Below, piece after piece: positions 1 to 13,956 of a stretch of DNA of 64,000 bases. The notes under the pieces were generated by a model. The model worked only from the letters and a program-made list of their open reading frames with translations, did not search any database and had not been told where the DNA came from. The DNA comes from Phoronis australis (Eukaryota; Animalia; Phoronida). How positions within the stretch are numbered: the first letter of the stretch is position 1; each line of letters opens with the position of its first letter. The translations under genes were made by a program, and so were the position numbers. The stretch spans positions 273,469 to 337,468 of the forward strand of contig NMRA01000044.1 of the NCBI GenBank assembly GCA_002633005.1. Reading direction: 5' to 3'.

Positions 1-1578
1 GTTTTCACAGTAAATTGAAACCACTTTCAAGTAGGAATTTTTTTTCAACTCTTACTTTCCCCATGATCACAATTCCACACATACTGGAGAAAATTGTTCA
101 CAACTGAAAATTACTACAAAACAGGACACAAGCAGTTTTTGCACTCACTTCAAAGTAATTACCGGCTGTTATTTCAGCCTTTTAGTGTAGCATTTGCAAA
201 ATTTCAGCCACTACCATTCACAAAACTCAAGGCCTATTCATGTTATTCTGCTGATGGAGTACCAACTCTGAAGGATGGGACCCACGCTGAATTTCATTGC
301 TTTAATTCACAGCAGGAAAATGTTTTCTTATTGGCAACATAAGCTACTGTCCCATTAGAGATGGACCAGACTAGTTTGTGGCAGGAATAATTTTGATTAG
401 CAAAATAACCAATGGTGGTAACTTACTACCTGTTCCACAGGACTGGATTAAAATTTTTGTAGTCATAAATATGAACATGAGAGGCTGGGCATTTAAGGCG
501 TTTTCTTGTCCAAGCAACACAATAGTCAAGATGCTAGTCAAGATTTATTTCTGAGAACGATTTTAAATGGCCTCAAGTATGGGACATTCATGTCTACCAC
601 AAACTCGCAGTTGGACTGAACACGTTACGCTACCGTTTGTCATATCAAGCAAAGACGACTACAAAATTTCTATGAACTTTGTGGAAGCATGTGTATTTTC
701 GGTCGGAGTCTTCATATGGCAAACATGTTCTCATTGTCTGTATTGAGGCGGCTTTCGAGTACTAAAAAACTTACATACCCAACTACCTAGTATGTAAGGC
801 AAGCAAACACAAATGGGGAATGGGGTAAAAATTAAAATAATCTTTAATTTGAAAACAGGTCAAAGTTTTTGGAAACCTTTTAAGGTACACTTTTAAGTAA
901 TCAATTTCGGTTTTGATAACAACTGTATTGTCGATAAACACAACAAAACCAAGATGAAAACCACAGGTGATAGGATCAAGCAATGTTGGACGGTCGAGAT
1001 AAAAATCCTGTCTAAACCGTTCGCTCTGCGCTTACGTAATCGGAATAACTTTAATCCATTCGCCAATCCGATACTTTTCAACTGCTTTAACTTTGGTGCG
1101 GTCCAAAATTTAGACCAGTCTAAATCACCTTTCGCACTGGGGCTTCAATTCTTAAGGTCGCGATGTAATGTTACAGAAGTAATCCTCAGTTCTAACCCCT
1201 CAGTGGGAAAGGATAAATAAATATCCCAATGACATGAATATTAATGATCCCAAATACACATAGGGGAAAAGGTAATTTGATATTGAATTAGAACAATAGA
1301 AAGGATGATGTATGTACCATGCTATTAATGCCGACATGCTACTGTACTAGGAATGATTTTAACCCAACTCGGTTCATTATAACCCAGATCTTCATTTCAA
1401 GATCTACTTAAAATAACATATATTTTTATTCAAGAGGAAACTTAGCACATAACTGCAAATTCCTTTACTAAATAACACAATTCTTACAAAATGGATAACA
1501 AACGTTCACTTTATTGAAATGATTAGTTGCTAAGAATTTTGTAACATAAGCACTGTTTAAAACAACTGCACTTTGATA

Positions 1579-1690
1579 CCGTAAACTCACGGGTTAAAGC
1601 CCTGGGCGCTTAAATTGGGAAAACCTAAGACAGGGCGTGGGCGGTTACCCCAGCAGTGGGCTTTTAAATTGAAAGCAGAAAATTTCCACA
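1579..1690 (-). mobile_element. Truncated diverged end of a related CCGTA-terminated element
   Basis: TA-CCGTAAACTCACGGGTTAAAGCCCTGGGCGCTTAAATTGG resembles the reverse complement of the right end of 21989-23803. Confidence 0.65.
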
Positions 1691-3509
1691 GAACAGCCAA
1701 ATAACCAAGAAATATTGTTCCTGGAAGTCTGCGTGTGAATTTCGTCTTGATATCAAAATATTCTCAAATATAAATCGATGAAGTACCCAACGAATCGCTG
1801 AACAGATATATCCAAACCAGTAGGTTGCCCAACGGGATGGTCATCCCTCAGAACACCTGCTGAGTATCACACACTTGAGTACATTGAGACCTCATGAAGG
1901 AGAGAAGGCAACCATTTCAATTAGCTTAAGAAAGTAACCCCAGGCCACCTCCCAGCATGGGGATAATGAAGAAAGTTGCACGTCATGGCATGTAGACTGG
2001 TGAGATGACATTAAGTACACTGTGACAAAAACATTACTTGCAAAACTGAAATTACAGTTCCAACTATTTAGTTACAGCATTGAGTTTTATTTTCTGGTCA
2101 CAGCAAATATCAAGGATATTCCTGACCAGGTTTGAACCTGTGCCCTTTGTGTGCACCTGATGATAAAATGCGTGCCTTTTTTCAAAAAGCTGTGCCCAGC
2201 AGACTTAGTGTAATTAAAGTGGTAAGATATGAAACAGAAACCCCAAGGGCAATCGAAATAAGAACTAAGTCATGTTTTACCTAACTGGCTGTAAGTTGAC
2301 TAAAATCTTGTATTTTTGGAAGAATGTTGCGTTTTAAAAGATGTGTCCTCGGGGATGCCCATTTTTAATTGTTTATGTGCTAATGGTGCAAAGGTGCACT
2401 CCAGGACTATCCCTGTAACAGTGTAACTTGAAAGAAAAGAAACACAGTCAGACAACATGTATTGGAAAGTTTATAGACTTACCAAGTGCTTTTAAAACAA
2501 TATAGGCCATTTAAGCCAGAAAATGCCAACAAATACCACTACAACATATTCAGTATCTATTAAATTATTCTATGCCTTCTCCTTGTCAACTGAAATAGTC
2601 AATTTTTAGCTCCAAAGGGCTACAATTCCAAGGTTCAAGTTTCAGCAAAGATGTCTAACTGCACATCAAAACAAGTCATTAATCACTGCAAAGGTATGGG
2701 TGAAAACATCGCAAAAAGTGTCACATTCTTGTCTACTCCAATGATAACAACCAATGGCTGTTAGATACGCCCCTTCTCAGTAAAAAATCAATAACGCAAA
2801 CAATTGTACCGAAACCTCTGCCAAGAACTTTAAGACAAGTTTTCTGTGCAGGTTTCTGTTTCAAGAAAAAAATAGTTGATAATGAATATGGAGAAGGATA
2901 TTCCCATTGGACTTAAAGCAAAGGCCACTTCATTAGAATACTAAGTCACATCAAAGAAACAGGTATCAGTTTTTTTCACATGTAATCAATACAAAATCAA
3001 TTCCAATTATACACCTTCACTGGCAATTGGAGGGTAGATGGGCGAGGATCTGCTATGAAAGAAGTTATGAAACCAAATTCTGATAGCTTTAAGAAAAATT
3101 TCCTGTCAGGAGTATTGACTTCAAGTGAAGTGAAATGGATGCCGTTTTCAACAATTCTGTTTTCAACAATACTCATGGGTAGGACACTGTCATGAAACAA
3201 AACAAAAATATGATAAATGAAAAGTTAGTTAGAACTTTAGTGGACAATTTAAGAAACCAACGATTTAGTGGGTAAAAGTGGTTACTATCGGGGGCCCCGA
3301 TTCACCAACAACCGCAAAAACCCACAGGCAATGGAGGTTGAAAAGAGAGTACCCCTTCTCACTAGTGACTGCACTTTCATCTCTTCAGACCAGACATAAT
3401 TTTTAAAATATTTCACTGATGACAAAAGTTCCATTCAATTAACACATTGCAAGCCAATATCATGGTGTAGCACAATGACCTTAAAGTTGATTAACTACTA
3501 GAAAACTTT

Positions 3510-3950
3510 AGCTGAATTTACACAAGAGACAGCTGACACGATCCAGCTAACTCGGAACAGCTGATCAGGTGCTTTAGTGTTACGACTGATACGGAGCAAG
3601 TGACACTGCGACGGCCAGTTTTTCACAAAGGTTTGATAGGTAGAGGAGTAGCACTCGATCAGTTGCACAAGTTTCAACTCTACGTCAACTAAACACAACT
3701 GGGGCACCACGGTTAGGGATGATCTTCACTGGGCTTGTGCAATGGCCTATATTCAGTGATCAGCTGGCATTCCACAAGGTTTGGACATTTGCTATTTATA
3801 ATTGTTTATGTGAGCATGCCAGACAGTTTTCATGTAAGTGACCGATTCTGATCCAGTTTGTGATCTAATGTCAGGTAAATGAGACTTAAGTGGAGCAAGT
3901 CACACCTGACAACTGACACAGTAGCAACTGTCTCTCGTTTAAAGTGATTT
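3510..3950 (+). mobile_element. PIF/Harbinger-like MITE (copy A, more decayed)
   Basis: Shares GAACAGCTGATC, GATACGGAGCAAGT, TAAACACAACTGGGGCA and CTGATCCAGTTTGTGAT with copy B; ends form an imperfect inverted repeat. Confidence 0.7.
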
Positions 3951-6180
3951 TTGTAAAACAATGAGTGTAGAGCCACAACTGTTTTAACAATACAAGAACA
4001 CTTGAAAGAGCCAGAATGCATCAAGTGAACTTAGCTGTAAACAGAAGACTGGTACATTGTTTAATTAACACAATGAACCAACAATCTATAAGAACAACAA
4101 AGAGGGTTAATTAATACATGTTAAACACATCATTAATTCCATTGAGCCAGAACAATAGCTCAGTAGGAGAACCTTGGTTAGACAGTGAACAACAGAGGAT
4201 TTGTTGATCACATGATGCCCACTGGGAAGACTGATGATGTGTAACTGTTCAGTAAGTCATGAAACAATTCAATGTCCCCAAAGACACATCATACTTAAGT
4301 GACCCTCGCATAGAATCGCTGAGCATAAATTTTAGCTACCACACAAGAATGTTACTTTGCGTTAGGTAGTTCTGAGAATTCAATTTCTGTTTTAAATGGT
4401 AAGCTTCGATACTTTGAAATAAGGAATTAGAATTGGAGGATAAATCAACGTTCAAATAGATTTATGAGAACAACTAGAAATGTTGTCTTTAAGATTATGT
4501 CAAATGTTTTATCAGTCGTCATATGAATTCAGTAAAATGGCAAAGCGTGGGAAGGCTGCTTTGATGGGATGCAGGCTTCAAAGTTACCTAAGGCATGGAT
4601 CCAGCGGCCAGTCCAGCCTTATGTCACCTTGAAATTGCCAGAAATCATAGAATCTCAAGCACCTACAACATTTGTCCCTTATTGGCCTTCCCACAGGAAA
4701 AATCATCAATCCATAGCTGGTGACCATAGCTTGATTTCATTAATTTTCACACTTTGACTTTTAAATAAATGTTTAAGTCCTGGTATTGTTGTTATCAAAA
4801 TGATGATTATTAAAAAAAAATGGGAAAATATTTTATCCAACTTATATAAAACAGACCAATTCACATAACGTATGGACTTTCTGTTGTGGAGATCTCTTAC
4901 AGAGTAACATATGCTCCTGACATTATAATTGGCAATAAAAATGTGCGCAAGGTTTATCATAGGTTCAGTTGATAACACAGAAACAGTATTTTCATCAAAG
5001 TGGGCTAATCCCCACCGATTACACCACTAAGACCTAATTTGTCATGTCCACAAACTGAACCCCTGAGATCCCCAAGTAAACAAACCCAGGTAAGGCAATA
5101 GCCAATTTCACATAACGACAGTTACGAGAAATACACCTCTGGTGATAGCATAGAACTGTTGGCGGATAGTGCCCCTCATTCTTATTTGGAGGTTTAATTA
5201 ATGCAGTAGGATACTTCACAGGATTTTTGATAAATCCCTTGAAATGATGAAGCCATCAAAAATTGCCCATTGTGTGGTACAACGGATAATCAAGTGATTC
5301 ACATGAAAGTGTTCATCTAAAAGATCTATCGATGAAAGTAACTGTATTTTGTCTCTGTCCACTCGTTGCCCGTCATACCAAAACAAGAAATTGGATAAGT
5401 GCAAGACACTTGTATGTAATGTAGAAATATACATTAAGTGTACAGGCAACATTTGAAAATTGAATGGGAATGTAGCATCAGTGATAGTCAGTCTACATAG
5501 CAACTTTCGTGTGATCACTTATGTTTGTGGGGGCAGCTTATGAAATTGCCAACTCCTTGATAAATGGAGCTATTGGACAATAAGCTCATCTGCTCAGGCA
5601 ATTACTTAAGTATGACAAACATTCTTGGAATTCTCATCTTTATTGAGTACCTTGTTATATCATTAAAGCCAAGATTGGGTTATGATGCAAGTAACAAGAC
5701 TTGAATACTGAGTCAGTCCTGTCAGGACTACTTGAGTATGTAATATCCCTTAATTCTAAATGGTTACCAGTGAATCCTTCATCGATTAAACCCTATTTTT
5801 GTTGTGTTGACACATGTAACAGGATTTACGAAAGAGCCCTCACCCAAACATGAAGGCCCACGAGGAGTATTTCAGAAATCCCAGGTAGATATTTCAAAGG
5901 AAATTTTCTCTGATGGTTTTTGACTTCATGGAAGGCAGTAATTCAAATTCTTCCCGATTGACACTTCCACTTCACACAATATAACGATGTCAAGGTGGAC
6001 TCTTGCTTTGTGACCTCAAACTTTTTTAACTAAGCTTGAGGTCGAAGATTTTTGGGGGTCCTAGAACACCCACAATCTCACCTACAAAGGATGCAGATCA
6101 AAAAAGAGAATCGTGAGGTCAGTTTTTGCACACTGAATAATGCAGCAAAACTTTTATGCAAGTTTCGATCTGATACAACA

Positions 6181-6250
6181 TTCACATGCCATCAAATCTG
6201 GCGTTCACATGCCATCAAATCTGATGTTCACATGCCATCAGATCTGAAGG
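6181..6250. repeat. 23-bp tandem repeat x3
   Basis: TTCACATGCCATCAAATCTG at 6181, 6204 and 6227 (third copy has one substitution). Confidence 0.9.
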
Positions 6251-6534
6251 CTCATTAAAAAAATTGATCTGGTTTCTTATACTCCACTAAAAACCAGAGG
6301 CAGATTTTTCTTCTTACAGTGAGATGCCCAACATGTCAAACACGCAATTTGTTGCTAGGCTCTGTTTGTCCATGGTCATCACGTGCAATTGGTCAAGATA
6401 CAGTTAAATCTCATCAATTTCGGCAAAAATAAATTCCAAAGTAGCGCTTTTTTATTTTTCAGACTTCTAGCATTGGTGTGTCAATGTGTTTGCAAAATAT
6501 TGTTTGTTGATAGCAATATGGTACAGAAATTGGA

Positions 6535-7303
6535 CTATCACTTTAGTAGACCACTAAGTATAATTATTGGATATGGTAAACTATCACTTTAGTAGACCAC
6601 TAAGTATAATTATTGGATATGGTAAACTATCACTTTAGTGGACCACTAAGTTTAATTATTGGATATGGTAAACTATCACTTTAGTAGACCACTAAGTATA
6701 ATTATTGGATATGGTAAACTATCACTTAAGTAGACCACTAAGTATAATTATTGGATATGGTAAACTATCACTTTAGTAGACCACTAAGTATAATTATTGG
6801 ATATGGTAAACTATCACTTAAGTAGACCACTAAGTATAATTATTGGATATGGTAAACTATCACTTTAGTAGACCAATAAGTATAATTATTGGATATGGTA
6901 AACTATTACTTAAGTAGACCACTAAGTATAATTATTGGATATGGTAAACTATCACTTTAGTGGACCACTAAGTTTAATTATTGGATATGGTAAACTATCA
7001 CTTTAGTAGACCACTAAGTTTAATTATTGGATATGGTAAACTATCACTTTAGTAGACCACTAAGTATAATTATTGGATATGGTAAACTATCACTTTAGTG
7101 GACCACTAAGTATAATTATTGGATATGGTAAACTATCACTTTAGTAGACCACTAAGTATAATTATTGGATATGGTAAACTATCACTTTAGTAGACCACTA
7201 AGTATTATTATTGGATATGGTAAACTATCACTTTAGTAGACCACTAAGTATAGTTATTGGATATGGTAAACTATCACTTTAGTAGACCACTAAGTATTAT
7301 TAT
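6535..7303. repeat. 46-bp minisatellite, ~16.7 copies
   Basis: Unit CTATCACTTTAGTAGACCACTAAGTATAATTATTGGATATGGTAAA starting at 6535, 6581 ... 7271; near-identical copies with no spacers. Confidence 0.98.
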
Positions 7304-8460
7304 TTATAGAAGCATGAGAAAAAAATTCACTTATCCACCACGTGTCCTAAATGAGTAAGATTTTGAAATGTTGAGGTTTTGCACAATGGTATACGAATTA
7401 TTGAGGAGACAGATTAGGTCACCAGAGTTAAAATGGCCATTCCAAGTGAATTTAAACCTGCCCTCTAATCAGCTCTAATCTACCTTTTGGAAAAATACGA
7501 CATGTGAACACAGTGTAATAATGGATGTAGTAAATCACATGAAAAGTGGTCGCTTCGATTCTTGGGCCTTCCAACGATTTAAAAAGTTTGAGAAAATCTT
7601 GGTGCTAAGTCAACTTGACATTTAATGAACAGAGACTGTACATATGTATATCAATATCTACATCACACATCAGACCTTAGGTAAATGTTAAGGATCTGAG
7701 TTCTGAAGAGAACACTCCACTGGACTGACAACTCACATTTGATGTATAAAACAGTGATAAGGCAAAATCTGGTAAGTATTCTGTCGCAATCGAAAAAACA
7801 CATAGCGCGGTTAATTCCGAAACCCAAGTTTCTTTCTTAATACAACTGTTATGAATTAATGGTAATTTTCAGAAAAATCTTTTTCACTGAACTTTGAAAG
7901 GTAAGAGAAATGGTTGACGTGTCTACCTGTCCCACACATTCAATCACAGTGATGACCTGATCCAACACCAGGTGTCTCTCCCTGCAATGACCAAACTGAG
8001 GCAAGAGAATTGTTTTACCCACAGGAATTAGTGCTTGATATCAGTGATATAATGCATTCCAGTGTTGACTTTTGACGAACATAAAACATTAAGTGACTGC
8101 TAGATGAAGAAGAAGGAGGATTAATAATAACACAGACGTGCCTTAGAATAAAGCCGCGCTAAGCAGCAAAAAATGTAATGGGCAGTTATATGTTGATAAA
8201 TGTGCATTCAAGGGAGAGTTATTGAGTAAAATGTCTTCTCTTCTGGAAAGTTATAAATTTGTTTTTACACATAGTCGATGTGTTTTATAGATAATTTCCA
8301 TGTTAAACAGACAAGTTACAAATACTGCCAAATGAATCAAAATTATCCTCATTGACTTTAAGATATATTGTATGCAGTCAGCACTAATTGACTTTGAAAT
8401 GGTTTAGAATCATTTCTTGCAAGGTATCTGAGAAATCACCACTAATTACTGGCTCATTTA

Positions 8461-8842
8461 AGCCACATTTACATGGGAGACAACTGTCACAGAGCAACTA
8501 ATGCAGAACAGCTGATCGGGCCCAAGTGTGTGCGTAAACACGTCCGATACGGAGCAAGTTGACACTGCGGCGGCCATTTTTGACACGAATTTGAGAGATA
8601 GAGTGAGTGGCACTCAATCAGTTGCTCCAGTTTTAGCTACACGTTTAAACACAACTGGGGCAGGATGGAAAGGGATCATCTTTCAATGCGTTTGCGCAAT
8701 AGCATTCACTATTATTTATGAGAGCATGTGCAGTCTTTGTGTAAATGACTCGGGCTGATCCAGTTTGTGATTTAACGTTGTGTAAATGCGACTTAAGTAC
8801 AGCAAGTCACACCGTGACAACTCGTGCCGTGTAAAAACAGCT
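8461..8842 (+). mobile_element. PIF/Harbinger-like MITE (copy B)
   Basis: Imperfect TIRs AGCCACATTTACA / TGTAAAAACAGCT with TTA on both sides; colinear with 3510-3950. Confidence 0.7.
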
Positions 8843-11800
8843 TTAGAAGCCCACAAATCGCACTCTTTTTGGCAGCCCCCCATACACAATTTTCATTGAA
8901 ATTCAAAAAGAAATAGAAAAAGATGATGTGCGAATACCCCGGTATAAATATCCTCCTTTCTACCCACTGGCACAAAATATGACAGACGAATAACTTATTT
9001 GTTCAAAAAATCTCAACAAAGACAAAGATTGATACCGCGTTCACATGCTGTACATCATCCAGAATCTGAAAAATTTTCACATTCGAACATATCTGATCTA
9101 CATTCTTATGATATAGCACAACCCAAAATCAGACTGGCATGTGAAGGTTAAATTCCGATGGTGCGATTTGAGATTTGACTGAGGCTGTTCACAGTGATTG
9201 AATGTCATTGGCCAGAACATAAAGTGTTTTACATGTCATGCCAATTACAAGTAAGACGGCCAATAGAGTGCCCTTGTGAATGCTCCTACACATGTCCTAT
9301 CAGCCTTCTTCTAAAATTCCACATCATCTGAATGGAGTGGAAAGCAAATTTAATCCTTTATAAGCCTGCCACCTACGGTGTCAGAAATAATTCATTACTT
9401 GTATCGAGATCTGTAATTAGTATTTGACAAACAAAAATGAGTATTTGTGTGCAAAAAGTGAAGAATTACCGCGATTGAGTTATACAATATTATCGTTAAT
9501 CATTATTAATTTAACATGGGATTTGATCATATTTTTGATGTGGTTAAAGCAATTGTACTTAAAGTAGTACCATAGCAATTTCCCTTCAATGTTCACATCA
9601 CTGTCACTCACACTATTGCAACAGTAACAAACACAAACGAAAAATAAATACAATAGATGGTCTTGTCTTCATGCATGGTCCTTGCGGCTGTGTGCATAGC
9701 TGAAGGGAAAACGGACACTTCGAGGCTGAAAACTGATCCTAAAAGCCTCCCTAGCAAAAAGAGTATTTAAGCAAAATTATAAGCCCCAGGCGACACATTG
9801 TAAGCATTGAATAGGGCTGGATAACAGCATTTAACAGGTTGATTTTGATAAACAGAGGTTGAAGAGAGAATCCCTTTTGTATTTGTCAGTGGAAATACAA
9901 GTGAGGCGTTGTACAAGTCCACCCTGTCAAAATATGGCGGCTTTGCCACTTTATGAGTCAGAATAAGAAAACCAAAAGAAAACCATAGGCAGAGTAGTTC
10001 TCAAACAACAGGTTAATACCACATTCCAAACTTGATGGGAAAAGACAGGCATGTAAAAAGAAAGCAAGGAATGTGATGACAACATAAAGATGGAAATGTG
10101 TAATAAAGAATTAAGCAAGCTGACGGCCATTTCAGGTTGAGACAGGGACTACTTTATAATTTAGAAAAGGTCTGCCTCAACATAGCCACTTGGAGTGGTG
10201 ACAAATTGTTTTACTTAACAGATGTTCCATAAAATTCTCCACCATGTATACTGGAATGCATGAAAAAATATCATCTCAAATGACTGGTAGAGACATAACA
10301 AGGCAATGGGGCAAGTGGGCTTTTCAAAAGGATTGTGTAATTGATTTTAAGTGTTATTTTTGGCAGAACTGCACCATTACCAAACCACTGTGGATAGGAC
10401 CAAGAGAAATTTTTGTTTAGTCTGGGGAAACGTGAAGATTGATATCAACAACAGCCCACTTTACACCAACCAAGGATTTATTCAACATTCCAATAATGCA
10501 CAGAGAAATATCCTGACAAGAGATAAACAAGTTCAAAAAGTAGACTTTAAAAATTGGTGTGTGCAAGTTTAATGTAATTATATGACTAGCAAATTATAAT
10601 TAAGTATGAATAAAACAAAACACTACTGCTTCTCTCTGAGAATAGAAATGAGGAACAGGTGCAAAGTAGAAAATGGAAAGTTTTCTATTCCATAACAGCC
10701 AACGGAATATTGAGAGCTGTCAAAAATCCAGGATGGGAGTTTAGCCAGTTTACAACCCTATGAAATTTGTCACCCACACAAACCATTCACACAAATTGGT
10801 CACTTTCAAATTAGGCTGTCACACAAATCAATATTGTTTAAACATAAATACAAGCCAGCTGTGAGACACCAGCAGTAGCACTGGACCATTCACCCCCAAA
10901 ATTGATTCAAGAAAAGGAGAATGGAAATTAAAATAAAATTGACAAACAATTATAACAAAGATGGGTCCTTATTCACAGCGGTCAGAAATTGGTCATCTTT
11001 TAACTTCCTTGGGGTCAACCCAGATCGGACAGCCCAAGCTTGTGTGTACAGGGGTCTGCTGCTGACAAGATATTTCTGGTACAAGCTACAAGCACAATAC
11101 TTGATATCAATTTCAGAAGTATTTAAAAAAATACTGAAATTGACTTGATAATCAATAGATTTCTCATACTTTCATCTTTCAAACTTACACACCACAATAG
11201 TAGATTGTATTTTGGAAAGACACCAAAAGTGAATAAGGTTTTAAAATAGATTTCAATGGTTAACAGTTTTCACTTTGTATCACTGCCACTGGTTAGTCAT
11301 ATCTGCAAGAGGTGGTCTATATGGTTCACTGAACATACCTGTCTGCCAGGTAAAGGCAACAATTACATAACTGCGGTAAACGCTGTAAAATATGGAACAA
11401 AGCCCGCCATGAAACGAGACTCCTAATGACAAGCCAACAGGACGCCTGGGGCACCCCTAGGGGACCACACGTAACCGGAACCGTTGAAAGAATAAATCGA
11501 ATGTGAGCAGGACTTAAGTGAAATATTAATGATGGGTTGAAAAACACCTGGGGGACAGGTTAGGGACCACAGGGATTTAAATTACCAAACGAGGGATATG
11601 TGGAAAACATTGCACCTGTGTTACCCGAACAGGTAAGCTTCAATTACCTGGAAGGGACAATGAAAGGACCAGGGTGATGAGTTACCAGGTAGATAGATAT
11701 GACTAGGTGTGGTGTAATAAAAGGAACTGTCAGGAAGTGAAATATGATCGTTAAAAGCATCGTTAAATGCGTTTCTTGGTAAAATCATCGACCCCCATCA

Positions 11801-13956
11801 AAAGTTTATGAATAAGCTAGTTCAACTGATTCGGCACGTGTTCTAACCATAATGCATGTCTTCAGGTCCTTCCGCCTATATGATAAGCTGTGTCCATTTG
11901 TAATTACACTAAAAATTCTTTAGCTGAGTACACAATATGATGGACAGACGAAATCTCATTTTGTCAAATTCTTCAACAAAAATAACTTTTCAGAAAAATT
12001 AACTTTGCTTTTTGAATGATTTGTATGATGTAGCTATTATCAAACAACATTTCCATAATATGACACGCCTCTGAAAAATATAAATATGGTAATTTTAATC
12101 ATTCTTTTGGCCCATATTGAAGAAATTTTACCGTAGGTACATACAACTCCATGCGAAACAAAAGACTAACACATTTCCAAAATGTTATACAGTAATCACT
12201 GTAAACGAAAGGTGGGGCGGAAGTAATTATCAGCTGCAGTTACATATACAGACGCATTTTCTTTTGTGCCGTACTAGCATTAGGTGTTCGTTGTTCCATA
12301 CAGAGCGACAACTTGACAACTTCCACCTTACCCTAGCAACCACATTACGGTAACTTCAAAGAGCACTTGGCTGATAATGGACATTAACTAGAAACCACGT
12401 GATACACATCACTAGATTATGAGTCTGAAAGATAGTTTTTAACAACGTATTTTGATTTTTTCTCATGAATTATGTCATGGGCACCGTGACTCTACTCTTG
12501 AGGAAGCATAATGGAAAGCTCAAATTAAATTTAACCAAAATTTCAACAAGTAACTTTTCCCCAATAAACAGCAACAATGTTTACGGTAGACACAAACAGA
12601 GCTGTTATATCCGGGGACCCAGCCAAATCGATTCAGAATTGAATAGCAATCTTCTCCATGGAGACGGTCACCTCGTTCAACTAAATACAATTTGCACAAT
12701 ATTTAAGAAGACTAAAATGGACTATTACTAGAATCCAAGACTATACAGTAATCGAGTTAAGTCTATTAAACATGACTAGTAGTCTTAAATGACTATACAG
12801 AAATAATGAGTCGACAAATGTGAAGTTAATCTAGAAGAGATGGTGACTGCAATGAGAAATGAGCCTGATGCCATTATGTGCCACAGGATATCAAAAAGAT
12901 TCAGCAGTATAATTTGTGATTAGTCCTTATCAATCCCTAGGCAAATTTTCGCAATTTAAGGACAAAACATACCCAACTGACTAAGGCTTGTGTTCAGGCC
13001 TAAACGTCAACTAAGACTTTTCAACAACCCCACTTTTTGAAAGCACCCAAGTTTTTGTAATTTGCTATAAAAATTCTGCAGTTTTGGGATATAAGAGAAA
13101 TATGGTGAACCCCAAAAATTGCACATCCCAATCTCTAAAATGAAAAATCAACTTTGACTTGAATTTCAGTGTACCAAATTTTGTAGATTTCATCAACATG
13201 GAGAATTTTTCACAAAGATATATTAGGCATTAGCCTCTGCAACAAAGACAAGTTAAACAGTTATTTTCAAGTTAAGTGATACTAACCGCAACTAGCAATA
13301 GCATGAGAATGCGTAAAAATGCACCAGCTTTGAAAGTACCTTACCTTTATACTGTTTTGTATGGCTGTGAAAGATATTGGTCAGATACGCGTTGGTAGCT
13401 ATCAGGGCATGTCTGAACGTCTTCTTAGCCGAAATCATGTAGCGTTTCTCCATTTGGTGGGTACAACAGCTCGTCTTAGACGGTTGCGTTGCACCGTTGT
13501 AGCAAATCTGCATGTTGGAGTCTGCAACCAATCACAACAGGCATTACATTGAGATATTTTGTCGGTACATGTTGGGGATTGCAACCAATCACAACGGGTG
13601 GGGTCTGCAACCAGTCACAACCGGTATTACGTTGAGTTATTGAGTCAGTGCACTTTGATATTCGCAACCCAAGCACAAGTTACGGAAAACCTTGCAAAAC
13701 GCAAGAACACGCAAGGCTCTAGTGCAGATCCCATGTGTGTCGTGAACAGTCTCTAGTGCCGTTACCATGAGAAAATTGGTGGAAATAATCAGGTGCATTT
13801 TGCACTGGCACTCAAATTTGCTGGGATTCTGAATTTCACCAAATGTGGCTGGATTAATACTGGGTCGTTGTTTGATAAAACAACTGGAAGACTGTGTAGT
13901 GTCGGTGTCTGCCAATAGAAGTGACATAACTTTCTGGTATTGGTGAATCCTTTGGG

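Noticed and set aside
6535-7303. CRISPR-like regular repeat
   Set aside because: Units are contiguous and near-identical with no unique spacers; eukaryotic context and no cas genes.
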